DNA from: Alphaproteobacteria bacterium
GTDB taxonomy: Bacteria; Pseudomonadota; Alphaproteobacteria; Rickettsiales; JABDBP01
Reading direction: 5' to 3'
Assembly (NCBI GenBank): GCA_013288565.1
Contig: JABDBP010000003.1
Span: 11,671-75,670, forward strand
DNA: 64,000 nucleotides
The notes under the pieces were generated by a model. It was not told where the DNA came from, made no database searches, and saw nothing but the letters and a program-made list of their open reading frames with translations. Positions 9,055 through 19,000 of the stretch are shown in pieces; position 1 is the stretch's first letter, and each line of letters opens with the position of its first letter. Made by a program: the position numbers and the translations under genes.

Positions 9055-10845
9055 ATGGCCAAAACTTTTTCTCAAGAAATCTTAGAAAGAATTAAAAATT
9101 CTGGGAACGCGGCAATGGGGATAACTGGCTCTCCAAGTAATACCCTGGAAGTTGTTATTGACATTACTGAAGTTACTAAAACTGACCGCGCACTTGGGCA
9201 AATGGTTTATGTATCTTTAGAAGAAGATGGCAGAAACGTACTAGTTATAGGCCAGATTATTGAGATTGAAACTAAAAATAGATGGCACGAAGACCCTTCT
9301 TTTAAGGGCGTAATCAAAAGGCACGGAAGTTTGCCGCACTTAAGTGGCGCGGCAGATAACAGGATTGCATCTATTAGCGTTCAAGCATGTTATGATTTAG
9401 GTCAGAGTGACCCTAAAGGCTATATACTCGGAACCTCACCATCGACAGGTATAAAAGTATTTAAGATGGATAATCATGTTATGGCTGCCTTAATGAAGGT
9501 ACACGATAAAGCCGTTACATATATAGGCAAGGTGTATGGGACAGAAGTTAATCTACCTTTCTGGTTTAAGCACTTTGATAAAGATGATTTGAATAATCAT
9601 GAATATGGTGCAAAAGATGCCTATCATATTGGGATTTTCGGAAAAACTGGTTCTGGGAAGACAGTAACGGCATCCCTGGCGCTTCTTGGTTATGTAAAAA
9701 ATAAAAATAATATCAGCGTATTAGTACTTGATCCACAAGGCCAATTTTACCTGGATCAGGACTTACTTCCCTCGGGAGGAAGTCTAGCCACAGAAATAAA
9801 GAAAGGAATGAAGTATAAGAAATACAAAATACTAGAGGATATTTATTTGCCTGGCGATAATACCGAGTTGTTTGCTAATTTATTGTTAAATAACGGATTT
9901 ATTAAACAAGTATTTAAACTATATACTCTAGAAATAGAAGAGCGGGCCGCTCAAGCAGTTGTAGGTTATTTAGACGGCAGGTTTAATAAGGGTAGTTTCT
10001 CTTTAAGCACAATTTCTGATCCCATAGAATTGCTTAAACAGATGCTTAAGCGATTCATAGCCCTTAATGACAAACAGGAAAAAGAAGATGAGTACTCTAA
10101 GTATATTATGGATATTTACGGAACAGCAAACACCAGGCAAAGATTGGCAAGAAGAATTAATAATCTATTAGAAAGTATTGATAACGAAATTGATTTAAGA
10201 AATAAATGGTCTGCAACCCTACAGCTGTTTTCTGAAAAGAAATCCAATGGCAGCGAAAAAATACCCATAAAGCAAATTGTGCAAGAGATTGTTGAAGAAA
10301 ATGGTAACTTTATTATTTTAGATATTAGTCCTAAAGAAGGGGAAATAGAGAATGAAAACCTGCAAGCAAGATTTGTTACTCTCATTGAGAGCGCTATTGT
10401 GGAAGCAGGGGCAAATTTTTACGCTAAAAGAAAGAAGGCTAATGCGCTAATCGTAATGGATGAGGCACACAGATTTATATCTACTGATACAAAAGATGAA
10501 AAGATAAAGGAATTAACAAAGGAAATAGTTGATTCTGTAAGAACTACACGAAAGTATGGCATAGGGTATATGTTTATTACTCAAACTATTGAATCCTTAT
10601 CAGAAGAAATAATAAGGCAAATGAGGATCTTTGGTTTTGGTTATGGCCTTACATCTGGACAGGAGTTAAAAAAAGTAAGCGAAGTAGTGAATAACAATGC
10701 GGCAATTAAATTGTATAAATCATTCATTGATCCAAGTAGTAATGGGAAATTTCCATTTATGTTCTTTGGCCCAATTTCTCCTCTCTCCTTCACAGGTTCC
10801 CCCCTGTTCATTGAAGTCTACAATGACCTAAAAAACTTTAGGTAA
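9055..10845 (+). CDS. HerA/FtsK-superfamily ATPase (HerA-like, DUF87-type)
   Basis: Motifs are Walker A GIFGKTGSGKT, LVLDPQGQF, Walker B ALIVMDEAHRF, and RKYGIGYMFITQT. The N-terminus looks like a barrel segment (VLVIGQIIEIETKN). The ORF starts 2 nt after the upstream stop. Confidence 0.8.
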   Translation: MAKTFSQEILERIKNSGNAAMGITGSPSNTLEVVIDITEVTKTDRALGQMVYVSLEEDGRNVLVIGQIIEIETKNRWHEDPSFKGVIKRHGSLPHLSGAADNRIASISVQACYDLGQSDPKGYILGTSPSTGIKVFKMDNHVMAALMKVHDKAVTYIGKVYGTEVNLPFWFKHFDKDDLNNHEYGAKDAYHIGIFGKTGSGKTVTASLALLGYVKNKNNISVLVLDPQGQFYLDQDLLPSGGSLATEIKKGMKYKKYKILEDIYLPGDNTELFANLLLNNGFIKQVFKLYTLEIEERAAQAVVGYLDGRFNKGSFSLSTISDPIELLKQMLKRFIALNDKQEKEDEYSKYIMDIYGTANTRQRLARRINNLLESIDNEIDLRNKWSATLQLFSEKKSNGSEKIPIKQIVQEIVEENGNFIILDISPKEGEIENENLQARFVTLIESAIVEAGANFYAKRKKANALIVMDEAHRFISTDTKDEKIKELTKEIVDSVRTTRKYGIGYMFITQTIESLSEEIIRQMRIFGFGYGLTSGQELKKVSEVVNNNAAIKLYKSFIDPSSNGKFPFMFFGPISPLSFTGSPLFIEVYNDLKNFR

Positions 10846-10880
10846 ACAAATGTCTTTATGGATATGGTAAGCAATTATGT

Positions 10881-11663
10881 CTACCCAAACTCATAAGCAT
10901 CCATCGCCAATACGCCCTGAGCTACTTCGTTATGTAACCGCTTTGCTTTTAGCGGCTTTCCGGCAGCGCCGAGGGATACGAAAAACGGCAAGAAATGCTC
11001 CGGAGTTGGATGGTTCTCTATGGCATGTGGTGCGAGTTTCTGCCATTCAACCAGGCTTTCAATATCCCCTTCCGCCACTTTGGCAGCAATCCATTCGGAA
11101 AATTCGGTCACCCAAGTTGGCGCCTTGGCATGATTGCCGGTCATGGTTTCACGTAAATTATGCGTCAAGTTTCCGGTGCCGATGATTAATATTCCTTCCT
11201 GGCGGAGTGGCGCTAAAGCCGTGCCGATCTGGTAATGCCAGCGCGCATCTCGCTCAGGCTGCACCGATATTTCCACAATCGGAATATCGGCATTCGGATA
11301 TATCAGCATTAGCGGGCTCCATACCCCGTGATCGAACCCTCGGCCTGGATCTATCCCGGCCTGTAACCCCGCATCATCCAGCAATTTCTTTACCATGGCC
11401 GCGAGTTTAGGATCGCCCGGAGCATCATAGTAAATTTGATAAAGCTCTTTCGGGAAACCACGAAAATCATGAATGGTTCTGGGCTTTCCCGCGCCATTTA
11501 CCATTGGTGAATCGGTTTCCCAATGCGCGGAAGCGACCACGATAGCCTTTGGCCGGGGCAAGTTTGCGGCGATGCCGCGCAGGAAATCGGCAGTTGGATT
11601 ATTTTTCTCTAACGCTAACGTCGGTGCGCCGTGGGAGATAAATAAAGATGGCATATGCATCAA
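10881..11663 (-). CDS. ygiD: Class III extradiol dioxygenase (LigB family, 4,5-DOPA dioxygenase-like, YgiD type)
   Basis: MPSLFISHGAPTLALE is a typical N-terminus for this family. The 260-aa size and the HNLRE and HFLPFF regions also fit. Confidence 0.8.
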   Translation of the reverse strand: MMHMPSLFISHGAPTLALEKNNPTADFLRGIAANLPRPKAIVVASAHWETDSPMVNGAGKPRTIHDFRGFPKELYQIYYDAPGDPKLAAMVKKLLDDAGLQAGIDPGRGFDHGVWSPLMLIYPNADIPIVEISVQPERDARWHYQIGTALAPLRQEGILIIGTGNLTHNLRETMTGNHAKAPTWVTEFSEWIAAKVAEGDIESLVEWQKLAPHAIENHPTPEHFLPFFVSLGAAGKPLKAKRLHNEVAQGVLAMDAYEFG

Positions 11664-11691
11664 TTCAAGCTAGGCGGTGCGGTGCAAAGCG

Positions 11692-12630
11692 TCAATAAGC
11701 TATTCCTAAGAACGCGCGGAGATAACTTACAGTGCTTTCCGCCAGTGCTGGTAAATTATATCCGCCTTCCAGCATGGAAATTACTTTGCCGCCGCAACAT
11801 TCATTGGCGATGCTGGATAATTGGTTCCCGATCCATTGATAATCTTCTTTTGTCAGTTTTATCGATGCCAGCGGGTCATCGCGATGGGCATCGAATCCTG
11901 CCGATGCCAAAATAAGTTGCGGCTTAAAATTTTTGAGCGCCGGGATAACATTTTCCGAGAAAATATTGCGATAGGCTTTTCCGGCAGTTCCGGCCGGTAA
12001 TGGTATATTTATAAGATTTCCCACGCCCTTTTCATTTGGCTGCCCGGTTCCCGGATAATGCGGCCATTGATGCGTGGAAATGTATAGAACGCTTGCATCC
12101 CGCGCAAACGCATCTTGTGTTCCATTGCCATGATGCACATCAAAATCCACTATCGCCACCCGCTGCAAATTATATTTTTGCATGGCATGCCGCGCGGCGA
12201 TGGCGATGTTGTTGAATATGCAAAATCCCATCGCTCGGCTGGGAGTGGCATGATGGCCGGGCGGGCGCACCGCGCAGAATGCGCTTTTGTATTTACCCTG
12301 CATCACATCATCAACGGCCTGGCATCCGGCACCGACAGCGCGTAGCGCCGCCGGGAAACTTCCTTTGGAGATTACGGTATCCGCATCGAGGTAAGCCAGT
12401 GATTCATCTGCGGGAATTGAACTCTCGACAAATCCCAGATGATCTGGCGTATGCACCAGCAATATCTGGTCTCTGGTGCCAACCGGGGCGTTGACAAAAT
12501 CCAGCTTGCCCGAGAAGTCACAAGATTTAAGCGCGTCCATGATGGCCGCCAGCCGAGCCGGGCTTTCCGGATGCATGGAGCCGGTCTCATGCTGCAGGCA
12601 ATCCGGATGCGAGAATATCGCAGTCTTCAT
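11692..12630 (-). CDS. Histone deacetylase-family amidohydrolase (acetoin utilisation / acetylpolyamine deacetylase-like)
   Basis: The motifs are RPPGHHA, DFDVHHGNGTQ and GFDAHRDDPL. Confidence 0.85.
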   Translation of the reverse strand: MKTAIFSHPDCLQHETGSMHPESPARLAAIMDALKSCDFSGKLDFVNAPVGTRDQILLVHTPDHLGFVESSIPADESLAYLDADTVISKGSFPAALRAVGAGCQAVDDVMQGKYKSAFCAVRPPGHHATPSRAMGFCIFNNIAIAARHAMQKYNLQRVAIVDFDVHHGNGTQDAFARDASVLYISTHQWPHYPGTGQPNEKGVGNLINIPLPAGTAGKAYRNIFSENVIPALKNFKPQLILASAGFDAHRDDPLASIKLTKEDYQWIGNQLSSIANECCGGKVISMLEGGYNLPALAESTVSYLRAFLGIAY

Positions 12631-13151
12631 CTAGGTTTCCCCGGTTTCAACGTGTCTTTCATACTTCTCTAGTTTCCTTTCGACCTATCCCACTTAATCC
12701 AAGGAATCCCTAATGCACTGACAAACCTCATTATTTCATTGGTTATCAAGCTGAGCACGGTTTATTCGCTATCCTATAATAGGAACTACCTGCCTAGCGC
12801 GGCTTGGGAATCACTAAAATCCTATCTTTATTTCCTATTATTATTCAATGGATCAGGTCGGAATAATTTTTTAGCATGGAGCTTGCGTGAATATAATAGC
12901 CGTATGTTACAAAATCTTAATTATTAAAGAGAAATATTTTATGATGCTAATACTGTTGTTCCATTGTGTCCGGGCGCCAAGTAACGCATTGATAAATCTA
13001 TAATTTCGTATTGTAATTTTTGTAACAAATATTTAATAAAAATTAACTGGAATTTAACCAGTTATTAGCTATTATGTAATAGTATCTTTATGTATTTAAG
13101 TAATAGCATGTAGACAGATCGGAATTACACATTTTAACAACAGGAGTATTT

Positions 13152-13685
13152 ATGAATTATATGAAAACTAAACAAGTGAAGCTCTCTCTTTTAATCGCTT
13201 CCTTTGTTTTGATTATCGGAGCGGGATTTTCCGCGCAGGCGCTGGTTTTTGGCAGCAACGCTGTGGTTAGCTTCGTAGCCCCAATTACCGTTACCGCCAA
13301 CACACTCCCGAACTTTGGTAATGTAATAACAGACGTTTCGGGTCAAACCCTTACTTTAAGTACCACTGGAGCCATATCCGGCGCCAATTCCTCGGATTAT
13401 GTCAGTGGTGCGTTAGCCGGTAACTATACTATCAAAGGTTCTGCGAGTAGTACGATCGCTATTAGCATTGGCGGCTATGGCGCAGACCATAACGTAGTCC
13501 CTTCGGCAGCTACCTGCGCCTATAACGGGGGTGCCGTATCTTCTCCTTGCAACCTTAGTACCCAGGTCGCTCCCGGCAATGCAGGAAAAACTTTACTGGT
13601 GGGGCTTACGATGACTACCAACAACACTGAAACCGATGGCACTGTCGCTAACCCGACTTTTCAGATAACCGTCGTCTATGACTAA
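13152..13685 (+). CDS. DUF4402-type secreted pilin-like subunit (paralogue 1)
   Basis: The protein has a signal peptide. APITVTANTLPNFGNV, a Cys pair (AATCAYNGGAVSSPC) and the C-terminal FQITVVYD match my memory of DUF4402 proteins (APITIt...l.FG ... vtVaYn). Confidence 0.6.
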   Translation: MNYMKTKQVKLSLLIASFVLIIGAGFSAQALVFGSNAVVSFVAPITVTANTLPNFGNVITDVSGQTLTLSTTGAISGANSSDYVSGALAGNYTIKGSASSTIAISIGGYGADHNVVPSAATCAYNGGAVSSPCNLSTQVAPGNAGKTLLVGLTMTTNNTETDGTVANPTFQITVVYD

Positions 13686-13712
13686 ATATACTATTAAGTA
13701 AGCTATCGAAAA

Positions 13713-13736
13713 GGGACGCAACTGCGTCCCTTTTTA
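13713..13736 (+). terminator. Rho-independent terminator
   Basis: gggacgc-aact-gcgtccc is a perfect 7-bp stem followed by ttttt. It lies 27 nt after the stop of the first pilin gene. Confidence 0.65.
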
Positions 13737-13987
13737 TTAAACTTAGCCTTTAATACTAATCCATTCTTTCCTAATTCCTCCTGCCTTACTTCTTATTTCC
13801 ACCTGATTGTGCAAGATAGTCTAGCGTGATCAAGCAGATAGATTATACCTATAGGAATTTTTACAAATTTTGAAGGTTATTTAATAAAATTATTCCTGGT
13901 AATTTATTGAAATTGCTGGGTTTTTCTTCATATTGTCACGATAAATTTCTTGAATCAGAACCTGCGGAACTGTACTCTAGTCAATGA

Positions 13988-14500
13988 ATGCAGAGCTTAA
14001 AAACCTTTTGTGCGCTCCTTATAGTCGCAATAATATTTGGCTTCGGTCTTGAAGCTAAAGCGGTGACGCTTTCCACCAATGCTGTAGTTAGATTTGTCAG
14101 CCCGCTTGTGATTGCCACTAACCAGTTGCCGAATTTTGGATCAGTCGCCACAGGGGGAGCCGGCCGGGTGCTGACCCTAGATACGAACGGGAACATAACC
14201 AACACCAATGCCGCAGATTACATGAGTGGTGCGGCGGTAGGGAAATATACCGTCACTGGCTCAAGTAATAATACCGTCAATATAAGCGCGCAAAACTATG
14301 TCGCTAACAATAATGTAATTCCATCCGCTGCCACCTGCGCCTATAACGGCGGTACGGCGAACCCTTGCAATCTAGCGGCGCAGGTAGCTCCAGGATCGGG
14401 CAAAACATTGCTGGTTGGAATAACTATCACCACCAGCGGCGTCAGCAATGATGGTGATACCGCAAACCCAATGTTTGATCTCGTCGTAACTTACAATTAA
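13988..14500 (+). CDS. DUF4402-type secreted pilin-like subunit (paralogue 2)
   Basis: The architecture matches 13152-13685: SPLVIATNQLPNFGSV, AATCAYNGGTANPC, and an FDLVVTYN end. It has a signal peptide. Confidence 0.6.
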   Translation: MQSLKTFCALLIVAIIFGFGLEAKAVTLSTNAVVRFVSPLVIATNQLPNFGSVATGGAGRVLTLDTNGNITNTNAADYMSGAAVGKYTVTGSSNNTVNISAQNYVANNNVIPSAATCAYNGGTANPCNLAAQVAPGSGKTLLVGITITTSGVSNDGDTANPMFDLVVTYN

Positions 14501-14630
14501 TCGGCGCTTTAAAGCCCCTTCAAGTAATAATGATCCAGCGCAACATAATATAGCTTAAATCGCTATATAACATCCCCCATTTATAAACCTTTTAGTTGCG
14601 TCCGCATCATCATAGCATTATGCATTTGGA

Positions 14631-15119
14631 ATGTGTTTTGCTAATCATATGCGTTATGCGGTGCTTTTCCTATTTTTATTACTATGCCCTGTGCTTTCAT
14701 GGGCGGCAATCCAGATCTCGGAAATTACCCCGATAAATTTCGGCATGATCCAGATACCTGCTGCCGGCACCGAGACTTTTACCATCAACGGGTCAACAGG
14801 GAGTGCCAGCGGAATCGGGACTTCGCTGAACAATATCCAGACACGGGGCCAATATACCATTACTAACACCGATCATGTGAACGATGTCACGGTTACGATA
14901 GATGTCGAGAATAACGGTGGCGGTGGGGTGTTACAAATGAATAACTTTACCGGTCAGTTCGGCTCCACCACTATCAACAGGTTTCCGGTGTCGTCGCTGC
15001 TGCTACGGAAAGGGCAGAGCCTCACGCTTTATCTGGGGGCAACAATCAGCTATAACCAGAATGTGAGCGATGGCACTACCTATAATCCGGCCTATAACAT
15101 TATGGTCAATATTCCATGA
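14631..15119 (+). CDS. DUF4402-like minor subunit
   Basis: The signal peptide may start at MRYAV (14649). EITPINFGMIQIP is the shared N-terminal motif and the protein ends in YNIMVNIP. Its stop overlaps the next start (ATGA). Confidence 0.5.
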   Translation: MCFANHMRYAVLFLFLLLCPVLSWAAIQISEITPINFGMIQIPAAGTETFTINGSTGSASGIGTSLNNIQTRGQYTITNTDHVNDVTVTIDVENNGGGGVLQMNNFTGQFGSTTINRFPVSSLLLRKGQSLTLYLGATISYNQNVSDGTTYNPAYNIMVNIP

Positions 15120-16003
15120 GCGCGTCATATTTTATCCGGAGTCGATTTATGCAGAAGAAATTTATTTTTCACTTATGTGCGGTTATTCTGCTCGGCACAG
15201 TTCTTATCCTTCCCAGCCCTATCATGGCAGATGAAAATGCCGGCCTTCTGCTTCTGCCGACCAGGATAGTGCTTGGAGAGCGGAATCGCAACGTGGAGCT
15301 ACTGGTTAAAAATAATGGTGGTGCACGCGGGCTCTACCGCATCGAAGTGATCGATATGGACATGCAGGAGAATGGTGCTATCCAGCCTCTGGAAGGTGAT
15401 AAGGAGGAGCCTTTCTCGGCCAAGAAATTCATCCATATATCGCCGCGCCAGATGATTTTGGAGCCAGACCAGACTCAGACACTACGTGTCATTGTCAGGA
15501 AGCCTTCAGGGCTCGAAGATGGCGAATACCGTGCCCATATAAAAGCAACGGTGGTGGAAAATAATGTCGATCCCAGCGGTAGCCCTATTTCGCCCAAGGA
15601 ACCTGAGAAAGGAATGAGTGTCGCCGTTAAAACCCGATTTTCGATAGTCATTCCGGTACTGGTTATGCAGGGGCAATTACATGTTAACGTTGCTTTTGGT
15701 GAAACAAAGCTGCGTGAGGAAAATGGAGCATATTATCTGGATACGGAAATCACCCGGGAAGGCAACCGCTCCGGGTTTGGTGATATAACTGTGACCTACC
15801 AGCCTGCGGCAGGAGACAAACCAACCGTAGTCAAATACCAGCCTGGGCTGGCTGTTTACCGGCCGATGGCCAAACGTAAAATATCGCTGCCGCTCGATGT
15901 GCCGAAGGGTATGAAGATTGCTAATGGTAAATTGATCATGACATATACTACCCAGGAAAAAGACGGCGGTGCCTTGTTGGCGCAAAAAGAAATCGGAATC
16001 TAA
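15116..16003 (+). CDS. PapD-like periplasmic pilus chaperone
   Basis: LLLLPTRIVLGERNRNVELLVKNNG and ISPRQMILEPDQTQTLRVIVRKPSGLEDGEYRAHI fit the two-strand signature of chaperone-usher chaperones. It has a signal peptide. An alternative start is MQKK at 15149. Confidence 0.6.
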   Translation: MSASYFIRSRFMQKKFIFHLCAVILLGTVLILPSPIMADENAGLLLLPTRIVLGERNRNVELLVKNNGGARGLYRIEVIDMDMQENGAIQPLEGDKEEPFSAKKFIHISPRQMILEPDQTQTLRVIVRKPSGLEDGEYRAHIKATVVENNVDPSGSPISPKEPEKGMSVAVKTRFSIVIPVLVMQGQLHVNVAFGETKLREENGAYYLDTEITREGNRSGFGDITVTYQPAAGDKPTVVKYQPGLAVYRPMAKRKISLPLDVPKGMKIANGKLIMTYTTQEKDGGALLAQKEIGI

Positions 16004-16055
16004 TGATGTTGCTGCACTGCCTTTCTGAGTATGTCAGAGGAAAAGGATGAGATAG

Positions 16056-19000
16056 GTGGCTAACGGGAAGTCACTGCTCATTATTTTTGCCGCCTTTCTG
16101 ATCTCAACCGTATCTGTAGAGGCGAGAAGCCAGGAGATTCCGCCGCAAAAGATATTTACCCCGGAAAGTGCGATAAAAGTCGATCTTAAATACCGGGATA
16201 CCAGTTTAGGAACTATAGAAGGTTATTCCAACAACGGTAGTTTCCTGGTGCCGCTCGGGGTGATTGCCAGCAAGCTGAAATTCAATATTACGATAGACGC
16301 GCCAAACGCCACCGCGAGCGGTTGGTTCTTGAGCCCGAGCCGCATCTTCGTCCTGCATGTCAATACCGGCCAGGCCATCATCGAGGGCAAGGAGGTAAAA
16401 ATTCCCCCCAATACTGCTTTCATAAATAAAGGTGAGATCTATGTAGATATAGCCCTGCTGGAAAGTTTTTTCCCGCTGAATTTACGGATCGATACCAACC
16501 AGGGCTATTTACAAATTCTTCCCAATGAACCCTTCCCCGGCCTGGAAGAAACAAGTCCCACGGAAAAAACCCTGCCGGCAAAACCTGTGCCTCTCCAAGC
16601 TGCACCATCCGAGCAACCTTCTACGCAACCAGCGAAGCCTGTGCAGGAGAAAGAGCAGCTAGATGCCTTGAATGAGGATAATCTGGTTATATTCCAGACG
16701 ATGCTTGATAAGATCGCGCTTGAAAATTTCATTGAAGGCTATAGCACCGAAAATCAGAATTACCTGATTTCCTTTAGCGACCTCATGCATTTGCTTGATT
16801 TTCCCATAACCTTTGATCCTTTAACCAATACTGCCAAAGGTTGGTTCGTAAAAGAGGAAAACACTTTCCTGTTGAACGTGAAGGAAGGATTCGCCGAAAT
16901 CAAGGGTCAGAGAACCAGCTTCCCTAAGGCGCAAGTGAGAATTAAAGACGGAATGCTTTTCGTTAACAGCGAGTTACTCGCGCGTTGGTTTCCTTTGGAA
17001 TTCAAGTTCGATCTTGCTTCACTCATCATGCATATCAACCCAACTGAGCCACTGCCGATAATGACTAAAATGGAGCGGGAGAAAAAGCTGGAGAAATTCC
17101 AGAAACAGCAACAGAAACAGGCAGTGGTTTATGACCGGATTGAAGCGCCATACCAGGGAATTAGTTTTCCGTTTCTCGATTTAGATTTGAATACCGGATT
17201 CACCCATAATGCGAATTCTGCCAACAACCTAACCACAAGCCTGACCAATAATAACTTTATCACCAATACCGGTACGACGGTTCCCATTGTGCCGGTTACT
17301 TCAGGCAATACTGCCCCCAATAAAGGCTCTTTTTATGGCTATTCTGTTGTCGGCGGCGGTGATCTCGCCTATTTGAGCGCTAATACTTATGTTGCCGGTA
17401 ATAACGATAGAAATCCCGAGATAGCGCGGTTGGACCTCGGCCGCAAAGATGCGGATGCCCAGCTGCTAGGGCCTATGCATGCCACGGCATTTGATGTCGG
17501 GGACATCAATTCCGGTTCGGTGCCACTGGTTGCCACTACCAGCTTAGGGCGCGGCGTTTCTGTTACCAACTTGCCGGTGAACAGCAACCTTGAATTCGAC
17601 CATGTGAGCCTGGTGGGTGATAGCATTGCCGATTGGGATGTTGAGCTTTACCGGAACGATGCCCTGATAGATTTTCAGCATGTTGGAACCGATGGCAGAT
17701 ATCAGTTCATCAACGTGCCGTTGCTCTATGGAAATAACATCTTCCGCCTAGTGTTCTATGGACCGCAAGGACAAACACGTGAGGAAACTAGGCAATATAA
17801 CATTGGCGATGAGGTTTTGCACCCGGGGGAGTTCCGTTATTTTGCCTCGGTTGATCAAAAATCGCAATCTCTCTTCGGCCTGAATGAGGATTTTGGGGTA
17901 CAGAATACCAAGGACGTGCGTTATGTGAGCGACTTCCAATTTGGCCTAACAAAATGGCTTACCGGAGTGGTTGGAGCTGTTTCGACTCCACTGATTGATG
18001 GCGTGCATAATTATCTGACTTCCGGGCTCCGCGCCGATATGCTCGGATCAATAATTGGGTTTGATGGCGCGGTAACCGATAATAATCAATGGGCAACCAA
18101 AACCACCCTTGTCACCGCCATCAAGGATGTAAGCCTTAAGCTGGAACAGCGATTCTATTCGGACAACTATACCAGTGAGGAAAATGTACTAACAGGAGCG
18201 ACGCCTACCTCGCTATCGCAGATCGACCTCAACACTTCCTTCCCTTCTTTCCTATTCTTGCCCTATATGACTATGGGTTTGAATGTGAAAAACGAAACGT
18301 TCCCAACCGGCGATCAGCAATTCATCACGCACCGATTTACTACCTCGATCAGCGGCATTGGTATCAGCAATAACCTGACTGCCACTTACTCCCCTGGCCT
18401 GGATACTTACATAGGCGATTTCGCGCTGCGTGGCAATCTGTTCGGCTGGAATATCCATAACGTTCTCGAATATGAGTTGCAGCCATTGGAGCAATTGCAG
18501 AAAATCGATTTGGTTCTGCAGCATAATATCACACAAAATGTTTCTGACCGTATCGAGATTCAGAAGGATTTAGTCGAGTCTAGTGCGTCCACCTATCTAA
18601 ATTCCATCATATGGGATCGTCAACTTTATAAGATCAGTCTGGAAACTTCGGTCAGCGAGAGAGGGGATGCGCAAATTCTCGGCCGCCTTACCTTCTCGCT
18701 GGCAAAAGACCCTAGAAGCAATGATGTTCGTACCACAAGCCAAAGTCTGGCTAGCAAGGGTGGAGTGGTCGCCAAGACTTATCTAGATACCAATAATAAC
18801 CAGAAATTGGATGATGGGGATCAATTGATCACGGAACCTCTTGGTTATAACGTCGGCGGCAAAAAATATACTGCGAACAATGATGCGGAAGACCTGATAC
18901 TAGGCGTGGATACCTACCGACCGGTGAATATTGAGATCGATCAAAGCCAGATTCCTGACCCGCGTTGGGTTCCCTATAAAAACGGCTATACAGTGATAAC

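Noticed and set aside
12739-12927. A 62-aa ORF in the long AT-rich leader upstream of the pilin genes.
   Set aside because: It has no RBS and an Asn/Leu/Tyr-rich translation typical of random AT-rich sequence. The region is more likely regulatory.
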